DNA of 64,000 nucleotides from an uncultured Atopobium sp. (GCA_916438885.1 CAKAGG010000002.1:912244-976243), one strand, 5' to 3'. Positions 34,787 through 45,578 are shown, counted from the first letter of the stretch. Notes: generated by a model not told the origin, from the letters alone. A program made the numbers and translations.

Positions 34787-35004
34787 ACTGAAAAGCCCTT
34801 ATCGGCCAGTTTTTTTAGAAACTGATTTTCCAAAGAGTGCCACATCTTCTCCGATTCGTATCCTGTATAGGAGGGTTAAGCAAGTGCTGTATGAATTTCA
34901 TTATATACAAGACAGCTTTATTTAGAATCAGTTGAAGGACACACGTAAGAGGGAGAAGTTGGAGTTTAAATGCACTTTACTCGAATATTCCTCCCCACAA
35001 GCTC

Positions 35005-36291
35005 TTATGCCCCCAAGGTATCGATCGGAATAACATATATCCCATCCGAGCGCCGTCTACGCGCCATCGTCCCTTTACCGAGCAGCACAGCCATAAAGCT
35101 AGGCTTAGGATTTCTTGCTGCAGGATTAGCAGCCACCTTTCTCGCAACTCTTATGAGATTCGCAGCCGCATCTTCCACTTTTGATTCCCCCATCTTGATT
35201 TCAATGGCTGCCCATCGACCATCCGTCAATTCAATAATGGCGTCAACCTCAAGCCCATCGGCGTCCGCATAATATCGTAAAGATCCCCCATACGACTTAG
35301 GCAAAGCGGAAACGTAAACGGACAAATCATGAATGCAGAGTGACTCAATCAATAAACCAAAAAGCTGTCCGTCTTTAAGTAAGCGTGAAGAGTCGACACC
35401 TAATAAACTGGCCACGAGAGACGTATCGCAGAAATATCGTTTTGATTTCGTGCGCAGCCTTGACTTTGACCTGATTGGCGCATCCCAGCCCGAGAGCTCC
35501 TCAATAAAATAGTTGCGTCTAAACTCTTCAAGGTATGATGATATGGTCCCATCCACCGGAGCTATATTGTCAAAGGCAGCAATATCATCTCTCACGGTAC
35601 CCAGCGTTGCACTCGTTGCTACATTTCGTGCAAGAGATGCAGCTATGCGGCGGGACAGAAGTGGACTTTTCCCCGCGCGAGGCATGCTTACATCAAAAAG
35701 TGCATTAAGATACTCATCGGTAACGGCCCTTGGATCCGCCAATTTTTTTGTTTGAAGAGCCGGCCACCCACCGCGGCATACAATATTGGCTAAATCGGTG
35801 AGATCAATATGAGATTGCGCCGGCTGGAAGGAATCTTCAAAGAGTCCCAAAAGAGATACTGCTCCCGTAGAATCTCCAGTCTCTGCAAGACTCATAGTAT
35901 GCATACGCAACCGTGCAATGCGTCCTGCTCCACTATGTCTTTTTTCATCCTCGGGAGGAGTGGAGGAGCCTGTCAAAATAAACTGTCCCGGCTTATTTGC
36001 ACTATCATCAATCCTATGACGTACAATATTCCATATAGCAGGTATATCTTGCCACTCGTCAATAACATGAGGGGTATCACCAACAAGAGCAAGCTGTGGA
36101 TCATCCATATAGATCTGTTCGGATTCATCCACACGTGTCACACTCTCGCCAAATGACTGTGCCGTCCAGGATTTCCCCGACCAACGAGGACCACAAAGTT
36201 CTATACCACCAAAGGTATCCAGAAGGACCTGCACCTGTGAATCAATAATACGAGGAATGTATGTTTCCGGCTTAAACTTTGAATATCTCAT
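35005..36291 (-). CDS. AAA+ ATPase (AAA_14) with DUF4143 and a C-terminal PD-(D/E)xK-like domain
   Basis: Walker A GPRWSGKS, Walker B VIDEWQ, FILTGS, HSGAGR, KRYFCD, EVDAII..AIEIK. Confidence 0.88.
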   Translation of the reverse strand: MRYSKFKPETYIPRIIDSQVQVLLDTFGGIELCGPRWSGKSWTAQSFGESVTRVDESEQIYMDDPQLALVGDTPHVIDEWQDIPAIWNIVRHRIDDSANKPGQFILTGSSTPPEDEKRHSGAGRIARLRMHTMSLAETGDSTGAVSLLGLFEDSFQPAQSHIDLTDLANIVCRGGWPALQTKKLADPRAVTDEYLNALFDVSMPRAGKSPLLSRRIAASLARNVATSATLGTVRDDIAAFDNIAPVDGTISSYLEEFRRNYFIEELSGWDAPIRSKSRLRTKSKRYFCDTSLVASLLGVDSSRLLKDGQLFGLLIESLCIHDLSVYVSALPKSYGGSLRYYADADGLEVDAIIELTDGRWAAIEIKMGESKVEDAAANLIRVARKVAANPAARNPKPSFMAVLLGKGTMARRRRSDGIYVIPIDTLGA

Positions 36292-36351
36292 AAGACCCCC
36301 TTCCTCGTAAGAACTATTGTAATGCCTGATGATAGCACAAATTCAACTCTT

Positions 36352-36437
36352 CATTTATGATTTTCGAGGATTTCCATTTATGATTTTCGAGCTAACTCAA
36401 CTATGTTTTTCGAGCCATTACATTGATGATTTTCGAA
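36352..36437. repeat. Four 17-bp direct repeats with an exact 23-bp period
   Basis: CATTTATGATTTTCGAG (36352), CATTTATGATTTTCGAG (36375), CAACTATGTTTTTCGAG (36398), CATTGATGATTTTCGAA (36421), separated by GATTTC, CTAACT, CCATTA. Confidence 0.92.
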
Positions 36438-36457
36438 GGATTAACCGCAGTGAGGGT

Positions 36458-37429
36458 TCACTGAACACCATTGCTCTTTCTAAAGTCCACCGGCGAGAAG
36501 CCCTTGTTCCTTCGAAATGCTTCCGTGAACGCACCCGGTTTGCGGTAACCGACCGCCTTACCGACGCTTGCAATCGGAAGATCGGTTTCCTTGAGCAGCC
36601 GAACAGCCTCTTCCATTCGTTCCCGTATGACATACGCAGAAGGTGAAAGCCCCGTCGCGGTTTTGAACAGCCTTTTCAGCTTGGTTTGCCCGATGTACAG
36701 CTCTGAGGCAAGCCGTGCACAGGAGAGGTCTCCACTCAGGTTGTCGGCAATGTAGGCACTGATATGGCAGATAGCGCGTGTATCATCCTGAGACAGAGCC
36801 TTATGTTCTTCGCTTCCATCTTCTCGGGTAGCGTATTCCATAACAAGAGCGACAGCCTCTGCAATCACGCCCTCATAGAACAGCACCGCGGCAATTCCCT
36901 TGCCCTGATACGCACGTGCCTTGCGGAGCAGATCGACAAGTTCGGGAAGATCATGTTTTCCGTCAACTTTGATAAAGGCTTCCCGGACATCTCTGATATC
37001 CCCAAACCTGCTTTGTAGATAATCCCGATAGTAGTCGGGAGAAATAGTGATAGACGAAGCCCTTGCTACGGCCCCTTTTGAGAATCGCATCTCATATTCT
37101 TCATTCTCACCCCCAAGATATACCATGATGGCCCCCGGAGCGAGCGGCGCACCCTGACGTTGCACCATACCCTTGACATCATCGTAGCATCCCAGGCAGA
37201 TGTGCTCGGTACAGCGGTACCGCATGATCCCGCTTTTTGCAAAGTTCATCCTGAATGCATTCACGGCAAAAAGACTTCCGCGAAAGTACGCCCAGTACTC
37301 ACCGGATCCCAGCTCATTTTCAAAGGTGTGTAGGACGCCTTCAGGGCCATAACCACGAACTTCCTTCAAAGGCTTGAGATCCCATCCCTGAAACGCCCCA
37401 CGGTAAAGATCTGTCTCAATACTTTTCAT
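36458..37429 (-). CDS. AraC-family transcriptional regulator (PchR/YbtA-like position)
   Basis: C-terminal double HTH LKRLFK..GLSP..RMEEAVRLL..VGY..AFTEAF..GFSP. Confidence 0.9.
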   Translation of the reverse strand: MKSIETDLYRGAFQGWDLKPLKEVRGYGPEGVLHTFENELGSGEYWAYFRGSLFAVNAFRMNFAKSGIMRYRCTEHICLGCYDDVKGMVQRQGAPLAPGAIMVYLGGENEEYEMRFSKGAVARASSITISPDYYRDYLQSRFGDIRDVREAFIKVDGKHDLPELVDLLRKARAYQGKGIAAVLFYEGVIAEAVALVMEYATREDGSEEHKALSQDDTRAICHISAYIADNLSGDLSCARLASELYIGQTKLKRLFKTATGLSPSAYVIRERMEEAVRLLKETDLPIASVGKAVGYRKPGAFTEAFRRNKGFSPVDFRKSNGVQ

Positions 37430-37554
37430 CTTCCTTCCTTTCCGCTCGTCCGGTTCCCAGGCTTCTTCCTTGATCAGGCCTTCTCATTCCGTATAGGGAC
37501 GCATCTCATCAATGCAGTTGTCAGGAACATGCTGTTTATCCATTATAAAGCAGA

Positions 37555-37570
37555 GTTTCCTATAGCTAAC
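37555..37570. promoter_or_regulatory. Imperfect palindrome, possible DtxR/MntR-type metal operator, downstream of a TTGTCA-N17-CATTAT promoter
   Basis: GTTTCCTATAGCTAAC is 12/16 self-complementary and resembles TTAG-N6-CTAA boxes. Confidence 0.4.
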
Positions 37571-37633
37571 AATTGATCGGCGAATCGATCGATGTGCATC
37601 GATATAAAGAGTCGACAGTAAGGAGGATCATCT

Positions 37634-38257
37634 ATGAAAGCAGAAGTTGAAAGCTCCAAAAATACCAGGTGGGTCATGCGCGACGTCCTTACATTTGTAA
37701 TATTCAATCTCATCATCATGATACTTATCACGGTGGCAAAAGTAGTCGAAGACATGCTGTTGGCACCACAAAATACGTTCTTCGTCGGATCATGGCTGTT
37801 TCCGTTACTGGCAACACCGTTCTATCTCGTCATGGCCGATCGCATCGGCAAACGTGGCGTACTTTCCGGATCGATCCTCATATTTGGTGTCCTCTACACC
37901 TTCATGGGCGGACCCTACTGTGCACCGGTCGCTATTGTGGGCGCAGTCATAGGCGAGCTGGTTATGTGGGGTAAAGATTCTTATCACGATATCAAACGCG
38001 TCATCGGCGGCTATATCGTCTATTGGGTGACGTTTGGTTTTTATGGAATCATACCGTATGTACTGTTCAGAGAAGCCTACATGAAACAGTTGGAAACCTA
38101 CTACAATGCCGCCGACGTTACCGCGATGATCGCCCAATATACCGAACTCCCCTGGATCCTTCTGATGATGGCTTTGTTTGCAGCGGGAACGATCGTTGGC
38201 GGCCTTATTGGATCAAAATTCTTGAAAAAACACGTCCGTAAAGCGAAAATCGCATGA
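37634..38257 (+). CDS. MptD-family putative ECF transporter S component
   Basis: 207 aa, about 6 TM, RIGKRG motif, ends FLKKHVRKAKIA as in Trep_Strep/MptD proteins. Confidence 0.8.
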   Translation: MKAEVESSKNTRWVMRDVLTFVIFNLIIMILITVAKVVEDMLLAPQNTFFVGSWLFPLLATPFYLVMADRIGKRGVLSGSILIFGVLYTFMGGPYCAPVAIVGAVIGELVMWGKDSYHDIKRVIGGYIVYWVTFGFYGIIPYVLFREAYMKQLETYYNAADVTAMIAQYTELPWILLMMALFAAGTIVGGLIGSKFLKKHVRKAKIA

Positions 38258-38961
38258 ACGACATGGAAGAGACGGACATCAAGTGCGGTCTTCTCGGCCT
38301 TGATCCAAGAACACATCTGTTGTCGTTCTTTCTTGTGGGGATCGTATCCATGCTGATAGTGAACCTCCTTGAGACGGTGCTTTTACAGGCATTCGCTACA
38401 GCTTATCTCGCCGCAAACGGACGGACGAGAAGTGCGACAAGGACCTGTGTGAGCTTCACAGTCATATGCGGCCTGAGCTTTCTTCCCCTCCCAGGGCTGT
38501 ACGGAGTTCTTTTTGTAAGCATGCTGCACATGATTCCCCCGTTTACGACCGGCTGCGCGTTCTTCTCGCTTTCTCCTTCGGCGATCATGTGCGCACTCGA
38601 CCGGTGGCATCTCCCGCAAAAATTCCTCGTTGGGATCTGCATGATATTCAGATTTGCCTCGATCCTTCCGTTTGAGATGCGCTCAATACTTCGCGGAATC
38701 CGCATGCGGGGCATCTTCCCCAGCTTACTGGGTATTGTGAGACACCCCGCACTCGCATACGAATGCTTTTACACGCCGCTTGTCATGCGCTCGCTGAGAC
38801 TCTCAAACGAACTCGCCGCATCGGCCGAACTGCGAGGGATTGGGATAGGTACAGGACGAACGTCGGTATATCACGTGGGATTCACCTTGCGCGACGCAAT
38901 GTGCGCTCTTGTTGTAACTGCAGCCGTCGCCGGCATATATGCGTTGGAGGCGGTTTTGTGA
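38254..38961 (+). CDS. ECF transporter T component
   Basis: LDPRT, IFRF, RMRG and ELAASAELRG motifs. Confidence 0.87.
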   Translation: MNDMEETDIKCGLLGLDPRTHLLSFFLVGIVSMLIVNLLETVLLQAFATAYLAANGRTRSATRTCVSFTVICGLSFLPLPGLYGVLFVSMLHMIPPFTTGCAFFSLSPSAIMCALDRWHLPQKFLVGICMIFRFASILPFEMRSILRGIRMRGIFPSLLGIVRHPALAYECFYTPLVMRSLRLSNELAASAELRGIGIGTGRTSVYHVGFTLRDAMCALVVTAAVAGIYALEAVL

Positions 38962-40440
38962 GAGGTACGGAAACCGTCGCTTTGAAGAACGTTTCGTTTT
39001 ACTACCTCGACGAGTCTGAGCTTTCAGATGAAACATCAGCTGATAGTGAGGTATCAGCCGGCAGATACGAATCTACGGAAAGCTGTGTACAGGATATCTG
39101 CCTCAACATCCCGGCAGGCTCATGCACCGTGCTCTGCGGACGCTCCGGCAGCGGAAAATCAACGGTTCTGCGCCTGATCGACGGCCTCGCAGGAACCTTC
39201 TTTCCCGGCGAGAAGAGCGGAGTGGTCCTTGTACACGGAACGGACGTGTTTGATCTGTCCCCGCGCAATCGCACGAAAAGCATAGGCGTAGTCACACAAG
39301 ATCCGAGAAGTCAATTCTTCATGGGGACGGTAGGCGACGAAATTGCATTTTCCCTGGAAAATCTGGGTACTGATCCCTCAGATACGATCAAGTTTGTCCA
39401 AGAGGCGGCAACACTCAGCGGTGTCAGCCGACTTCTTGCCGAGAAGCTCACCGAGCTCTCAAGCGGACAAAAACAGCGCGTCGCTCTTGCGGCTGCAATA
39501 GCCAACCGTCCGCAGATCCTGATACTTGACGAACCCACTTCAAATTTGGATGCAGAGGGGTCTCAGTCGCTTATCAAGATCCTCGGAGAGCTTAAAAGAA
39601 ACGGCGTGGCACTGATCATCTCCGAGCATAGACTCCATCAATTTTTGCCTGTAGCCGATGAGTTTGTATATCTTCAGGAAGGACGCATAGCCGCTCGGTG
39701 GGATGTCGAGAAGTTCACGTCTCTTTCCGAACACGAAACGGCAAAGTTTGGGCTTCGACACCCCGACATGAAATCCGACTCTGAAATCAAATCCTATCCC
39801 GCAAAGGATGCGGACGGTTGGCACATGACAGATGTGACCTATCTATACCCTTCAACAAAACGCGGAATCAAGGGCATTACCGCTGAATTTCCATTCGGAT
39901 CCGTAACGGTCATATGTGGTGAAAACGGAACAGGCAAAACTACGCTCGCAAAAGTCCTTGTAGGAGCCGCTCGAGAGCAGAGAGGCATCGTCGCCAGAAA
40001 CGGGAAACATCTTTCCCGTAAAGAACGCCGCCTCCTCAGCTACTTTGTCATGCAGGACGTTGACTATCAGCTGTATGCCGGCAGCGTAGCGGACGAAGTG
40101 GTGCTTGGCCGACAGGTGGATGATGCACTCAAGGCACGCGCCTGGGAGGCACTGACAGCTTTTGGTCTGACGGATTTGGCCGACCGACATCCGGCCAGTC
40201 TTTCCGGCGGGCAGAAGCAGCGCGTCATACTTGCAACGGCATACTGCTCAGATGCCGAGCTTATTGTACTTGACGAGCCCACAAGCGGACTTGACGGACA
40301 CGGGATGCACGAGGTGGTGCATTGGTGCCGCAAACTTGCATCCGAGAAAAAAAGCAGTTGTGGTTATAACGCACGACGAACTGTTGGCGCAACTGGCAGG
40401 CGATTACATCGTTGACTTGTCATTGCAGAAAAGAGGTTGA
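38958..40440 (+). CDS. ECF double-domain ATPase (frameshift in A run near 40350)
   Basis: Two Walker A motifs (GRSGSGKS, GENGTGKT), LSSGQ/LSGGQ, two DEPT motifs. Confidence 0.88.
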
Positions 40441-40447
40441 TGTCTCC

Positions 40448-42234
40448 ATGAGTCACATTACGCCAAAAGACCGGACGGCACGTCCCAGTGCATTTTCAAA
40501 GCTTTTCTATTTTATGCGGCCCGACAGGAATCGAATGCTCTTCTCGCTTCTTCTAGCATGCATAGGCGAGGCGGCAGGCATGGTTCCTTATATTGTCGTT
40601 GCCTTACTTGCCGCGGGATTGGCGGAAGGGACGCTCACGCTTGAGTCAGCTGCTCTCCTATCAGCCGCAGCAGCAGCGGCCCAGATTGCAAAGTTCCTGT
40701 TCACCTGGCGCTCTTCCATGATCAGCCACGGGATCGCCTTCAAGGCTCTACGCACCATGCGTGAGCAGATGGCAGAGAAGATGGCTCGTGTGCCCATGGG
40801 GACCATCGTCGACACGCCGACGGGCACGTTCAAGAACCGGTTCGTAGACAACGTGAACCAACTTGAGGACGCCATTGCGCACTTCATGCCCGAGCTTCCA
40901 AGCACGGTATTTGCGCCGCTTTTGGCAATGATCATCGTATTCGCCATCAACTGGCGTATGGGACTTGCCGGGATTGCCACGATCCCCTTATGCCTGCTCT
41001 TCTATCTTGGCATGATGCGGGACTATAAGCCCAAAATGGCCCGCTATATTGCGAGCGAACAGCGGATGAACTCAACGCTGGTAGAGTATGTCAACGGTAT
41101 CCAGGTGATCAAAGCGTTCGGACGCACCGCATCCTCATACGGCTCGTTTCCGAGGCGGTAGCCGAATATCACGACTCCACGCTTGCATGGTTTCACCAAA
41201 GCTGGATATGGATGGCGGCGATACGGGCTATCGTCCCCTGTACGCTGCTCTTCTCGCTACCGCTCGGCGTTTGGCTGCTTTCGGTCGGACGGATCACATT
41301 ACCTGCCTTCATGGTGTGCATCACCATCCCATTGGGATTCATCGGAGGAATACTCAAGTTCTCCCAGGCGGCAGGCCAAATTTCACGTATGGATACCTGC
41401 CTGAACGTAGTCTGGGACTTTTTAGGAGAGCCTGAGCTCTCACGGCCAAGTGAGCGCGTAATGCTTGACGGCAAGTCATTCACTTTTGAGAACGTCTCTT
41501 TTTCTTATCATGAGGGTACGGAGGTGTTGCACGATATCAACTTTAAGACGGAGCCGGGGCAGATCACGGCTATCGTAGGACCCAGCGGATCGGGCAAATC
41601 AACGGTAGCTAAGCTTATGGCCGGTTTCTGGGATGTACGTTCCGGATGCATTTCATTCGGCGGTACCGATGTGCGAGACATTCCCTTCGAGCAGCTTATG
41701 GAGCACGTCTCGTATGTGGCACAGGACACGTTTTTGTTTGATAGGACCATCGCCGACAACATCCGCATGGGCATGCCGGATGCAACCGATGAAGAGGTCG
41801 AGACTGCTGCACGTGCAGCCGGCGCTCATGAGTTCATCAGCCGGCTTCCTCAAGGGTATCGCACTCCTGCCGGTGAGGCAGGTGCAAGGCTTTCCGGCGG
41901 CGAGCGCCAACGCATCACCATTGCCCGCGCCATCTTAAAAGATGCTTCCATCGTCATTCTTGATGAGGCCACTGCCTATGCCGATCCTGAAAACGAAGCT
42001 CTGGTAGAGCGAGCCTTGAGCAAGCTTGTAGCAGGAAAAACACTTGTTACTATCGCCCACCGCCTATCAACGATCACAGGCGCCGACCAGATCCTCGTCA
42101 TGGACGGCGGACGCATCGTTGCGCGCGGACGTCACGGTGAATTGCTGAAAACCTGTCCTTTGTATGCTCGCATGTGGAAAGAACATATGAGCTCTACCGT
42201 CAACGCAGAAGAGGAACCCTCATGTTTGCAATAA
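40448..42234 (+). CDS. ABC transporter fused permease-ATPase, IrtA/YbtP-like (frameshift near 41150)
   Basis: TMD with EYVNGIQVIKAF, GPSGSGKST, LSGGERQRI, DEATAYADPENE. Confidence 0.88.
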
Positions 42235-43968
42235 TGAAACGCATCCTTGACTTGGCCGGAAGCTTCTCACCGGCATCACGCCGCAGCCTCATGGCAGGCA
42301 TGGTCTGTAATGTCATTAAAGCGTTCTTCATGTCCGGAATGCTCATAGCGGTATGGTGGGCCCTTGAGATGCGAAGTCACCTGAGCGCAGGAGTTGCCCT
42401 ACAATGTTTAGGGATCCTCGCCATCAGCGTAGCGGGTCAGTTTGCCTTCCAATATCTCGTGGACATACAGATGGACGCCGAGGGGTTCCACATCTTCCGT
42501 GATCTGCGGCTACGGGTGGGCGACCGCTTAAAAGGCGCTCCCATGGGCTACTTCTCAGAGCAGCGTCTCTCGGCGATAACCACCACACTCACTACCACGG
42601 TGCACCAACTCGAAGAGTTCATGACCATCTGTCTCACGGGACTCTCGGGCGGCGTAGCCATGGCAGTGATCATGAGTCTGTTCTTCCTGTTTCAAGCGCC
42701 ACCGGTTGCCTTCATTACCTTTGTCGGCATTGCCGTAGGCCTTATTGTTTTGGATTGGCTGAGAAGACGCTCGACCGCCGTCACACGGGAGGTCACTGCC
42801 GCACAGGAGGAAATGACTGACAAGGTGATCGAATACGTCTGCGGCATGGCTGTATTGCGGGCATTCGCGACACCCGATGACGCACTTGCCGCAGCAAAGG
42901 CATCCTTTGAGCGGAAACGCCAGGCAGATTACGATCAAGAGCAGGCGGCACAAGGTATCCTCAAGCTCTATGCGCTCGTGTTCAACCTTGCAAGCTGCGG
43001 AGTTCTTCTCGCCGCATGCGCACTATATCTGACAGGCGCTCTGTCTCTCTCATGGGCGCTCACGCTGCTGGTTGCCGCTTTTATGATCTACGGAGAGCTT
43101 ATCAGCGCGAACAACAGTGCGTTTCTCACCAAGAAGATCGAAGGAGAGCTTAACCGCATTGACGAGGTATGTTCAGTGCCAAAGCAAGACCTTACGGATG
43201 AGACGCTCTCACCCGACGGATTTGCCCTGGCCATGGAAGATGTCTCATTCGGCTACGGAGACGGTCGTCGTGTCATAGACGGAGTAACGCTTTATTCCCG
43301 AAGGCTCAACCTGCGCACTTGTCGGCCCGAGCGGCTCGGGTAAAACGACGCTGGTGAATCTGCTTGCGCGCTTTTGGGATGTCGATAAGGGTCACGTTAC
43401 CATCGGCGGCATTGATGTCCGCGAGGGAACGGCGGAAAGCCTGCTTGCAAACATATCGATGGTGTTCCAGAGCGTATACCTGTTCAATGACACCGTCGAG
43501 AATAACATTCGCTTTGGTCGCCCCGATGCACCGCGCGAAGAGGTCATCGCCGCAGCAAAACGCGCACGCTGCCATGATTTCATTATGGAACTTCCTGACG
43601 GCTACGACACGGTGCTTGAGGAAGGTGGGGCAAACCTTTCCGGTGGAGAGCGCCAGAGAGTATCCATTGCACGCGCCATCATGAAGGATGCGCCGATCGT
43701 CATCCTTGACGAGGCTACGAGCTCGGTCGACCCGGAAAACGAGCACCTGCTTATGCAGGCAGTAACGGAACTGACACGAGGAAAGACCCTTGTTACCATT
43801 GCACATCGCCTGAACACGGTGCGCGATGCTGACCAGATCCTTGTGATCGACGGCGGGCGCATCGTTCAGCGTGGTACACATAATGAGCTAATGAAGGAGG
43901 CTGGTATCTACCGGCGCTTTATCGAGATGCGCCGGGAAGCTGCTGGATGGCGTATCATACGCTCTTAA
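42222..43968 (+). CDS. ABC transporter fused permease-ATPase, IrtB/YbtQ-like (frameshift near 43295)
   Basis: PMGYFS, EYVCGMAVLRAF, GPSGSGKTT, LSGGERQRVS, DEATSSVDPENE. Confidence 0.88.
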
Positions 43969-44182
43969 ACTTCATGGCTACAACTCTATTGTCACTTATA
44001 ACTTTTCGTCACAGTGGCAATTGCCGCATCCGTCTCTCCAGCAACTGTCTGTAAGAGTGCACGGTCTGCTTTGGCACCTCCACGGCGAGACCATTCGCAC
44101 AAGGTTTCAACCCAGTACATTACCATGGCTGACGCCTTAAGGTGCATTGAGAAAGCATCATCATGTGCCGTACGTAGTGAAA

Positions 44183-44260
44183 TTTTGGAAGTTCTTCTCT
44201 ACATACAAGCTTCTCAAGAATTTTCTCAAGCTTTTCAAGGTTTTTACCCTGCTTTTTTGC
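44183..44260 (-). pseudogene. Possible YafQ-family toxin fragment
   Basis: Manual translation AKKQGKNLEKLEKILEKLVCREELPK resembles the N-terminal helices of YafQ; no start codon and no C-terminal half. Confidence 0.4.
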
Positions 44261-44275
44261 GTCAAAGAGACATCA

Positions 44276-44309
44276 AAAAGAGCTTGGTTGCATGCAACCA
44301 AGCTCTTTT
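44276..44309. terminator. Perfect 34-bp palindrome, bidirectional terminator
   Basis: AAAAGAGCTTGGTTGCA|TGCAACCAAGCTCTTTT just after the hydrolase stop. Confidence 0.8.
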
Positions 44310-44337
44310 ACATTACAAGTTATGAGGGGCCAATACC

Positions 44338-45578
44338 TTAGCTTAGGACAACGCCGCCAAGCCAGCCCCACCTTGGAGTACTCAAAGCACCAAGCTGAGA
44401 AATCCAAGAACTCAAGCTCTGGCTTCTTACAATACCAGAGAGGCAGTGCCTGACCATGCCGCCACCAATGTAAATGCCAACGTGGCCGTAAATCAGAGCT
44501 GCAGCAGAACCACCAAGGGTTGGAACAGCAATAATCATGCCAGGCTCAATAGCGCTCTGATCAGTAGAGTAGCACCAGGAATAGTACATATCACAAGCGT
44601 TGCCATAGAAGGTGCCAACACCTGCGTTTGAGAAGACATTAGAAACCCAAGCAGCACAGAAGCCAGCACCGGTAGATCCGGTATAGCCTGCAGCATTAAC
44701 AACTGCAGCAGCAGAACCAGAACCAGCAGAAGAGGTTCCTCCTCCGCCACCGCCACCATAGTAGCTACTACCGCCATCGCTGTTGCTTGACGCGGCAGCA
44801 CGCTGAGCGGCAACACGCTCTGCCTCTGCTGAGCGGCAAGAAGCTCAGAATCACGCTGAGCGATAAGCTCTTTGACGTTGTCATCAAGATTTGCAACAAC
44901 GTTTGCAGCGTCCGCCTGACGAGCAGAAATATCATTAAGCTGAGACTCCTGAGAAGCACGGAGATTCTCAAGTTCAGCCTTCTTATTCTCTAGCTCGGTC
45001 TTCTCGGACTGAAGAGCAGCCTTATCAGACTCAAGAGCGGCCTTCAGGTTCTTAACTTCCTCAATCATCTTCTGATCGGACTCAGAAATCTTGTCGAGGT
45101 AGTAAATGTTAGAAGTGAGCTCCTCAAAGCTTGCAGAAGAAAGAATCATCTCCAAAGCACCAGCTGGGCCAGCCTTGTAGTTGCTGGACATACGAGCGCC
45201 AAGTTCTTTTCTCTTCTCGGCAATCTGAGCTTCCTTTTCAGAAATCTCTTTCTGCTTAGCATCAATCTGATTCTGCTTATCTGCAATCTGATCAGAAATA
45301 GCGCCAATCTGAGAGTTAGTGTCATTGAGGCTTGCCTGCATGTTGGAGACTTCATTAGAAATCTCATCGAGCAGCTTCTGAGCAGCATCGTAATCGCTAC
45401 GAGCAGCATCAATCTGAGCCTGGGTAACACCAAAAGCAGGACGGGTGTTGATTAGGGATGCAGTAACGGCAGCGGCAGCAATGCCCATGCCGGCAAAAAT
45501 CTTAAGGGCATCACGACGATTGAAAAGAGCAGCGCTCTGCTCCTCAATGGTGGTGCTTTGCTGTTTCTTTAAACTCAT
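44338..45578 (-). CDS. PcsB/CwlO-like coiled-coil peptidoglycan hydrolase with C-terminal CHAP/NlpC-type domain (frameshift near 44830)
   Basis: NRRDALKIF Tat-like signal, long coiled coil with ILSSASFEEL, Gly/Ser linker, FCAAWVS..YGNA and YGHVGIY. Confidence 0.82.

Noticed and set aside
36352..36437. CRISPR or TIGR-like array
   Set aside because: Units are 17 bp and linkers only 6 bp, too short for guides; no cas or Nop-domain gene is nearby.
44276..44309. Perfect palindrome as a recombination or att site
   Set aside because: Its position just after a stop codon with A/T tails fits an intrinsic terminator; no recombinase and no second copy were seen.
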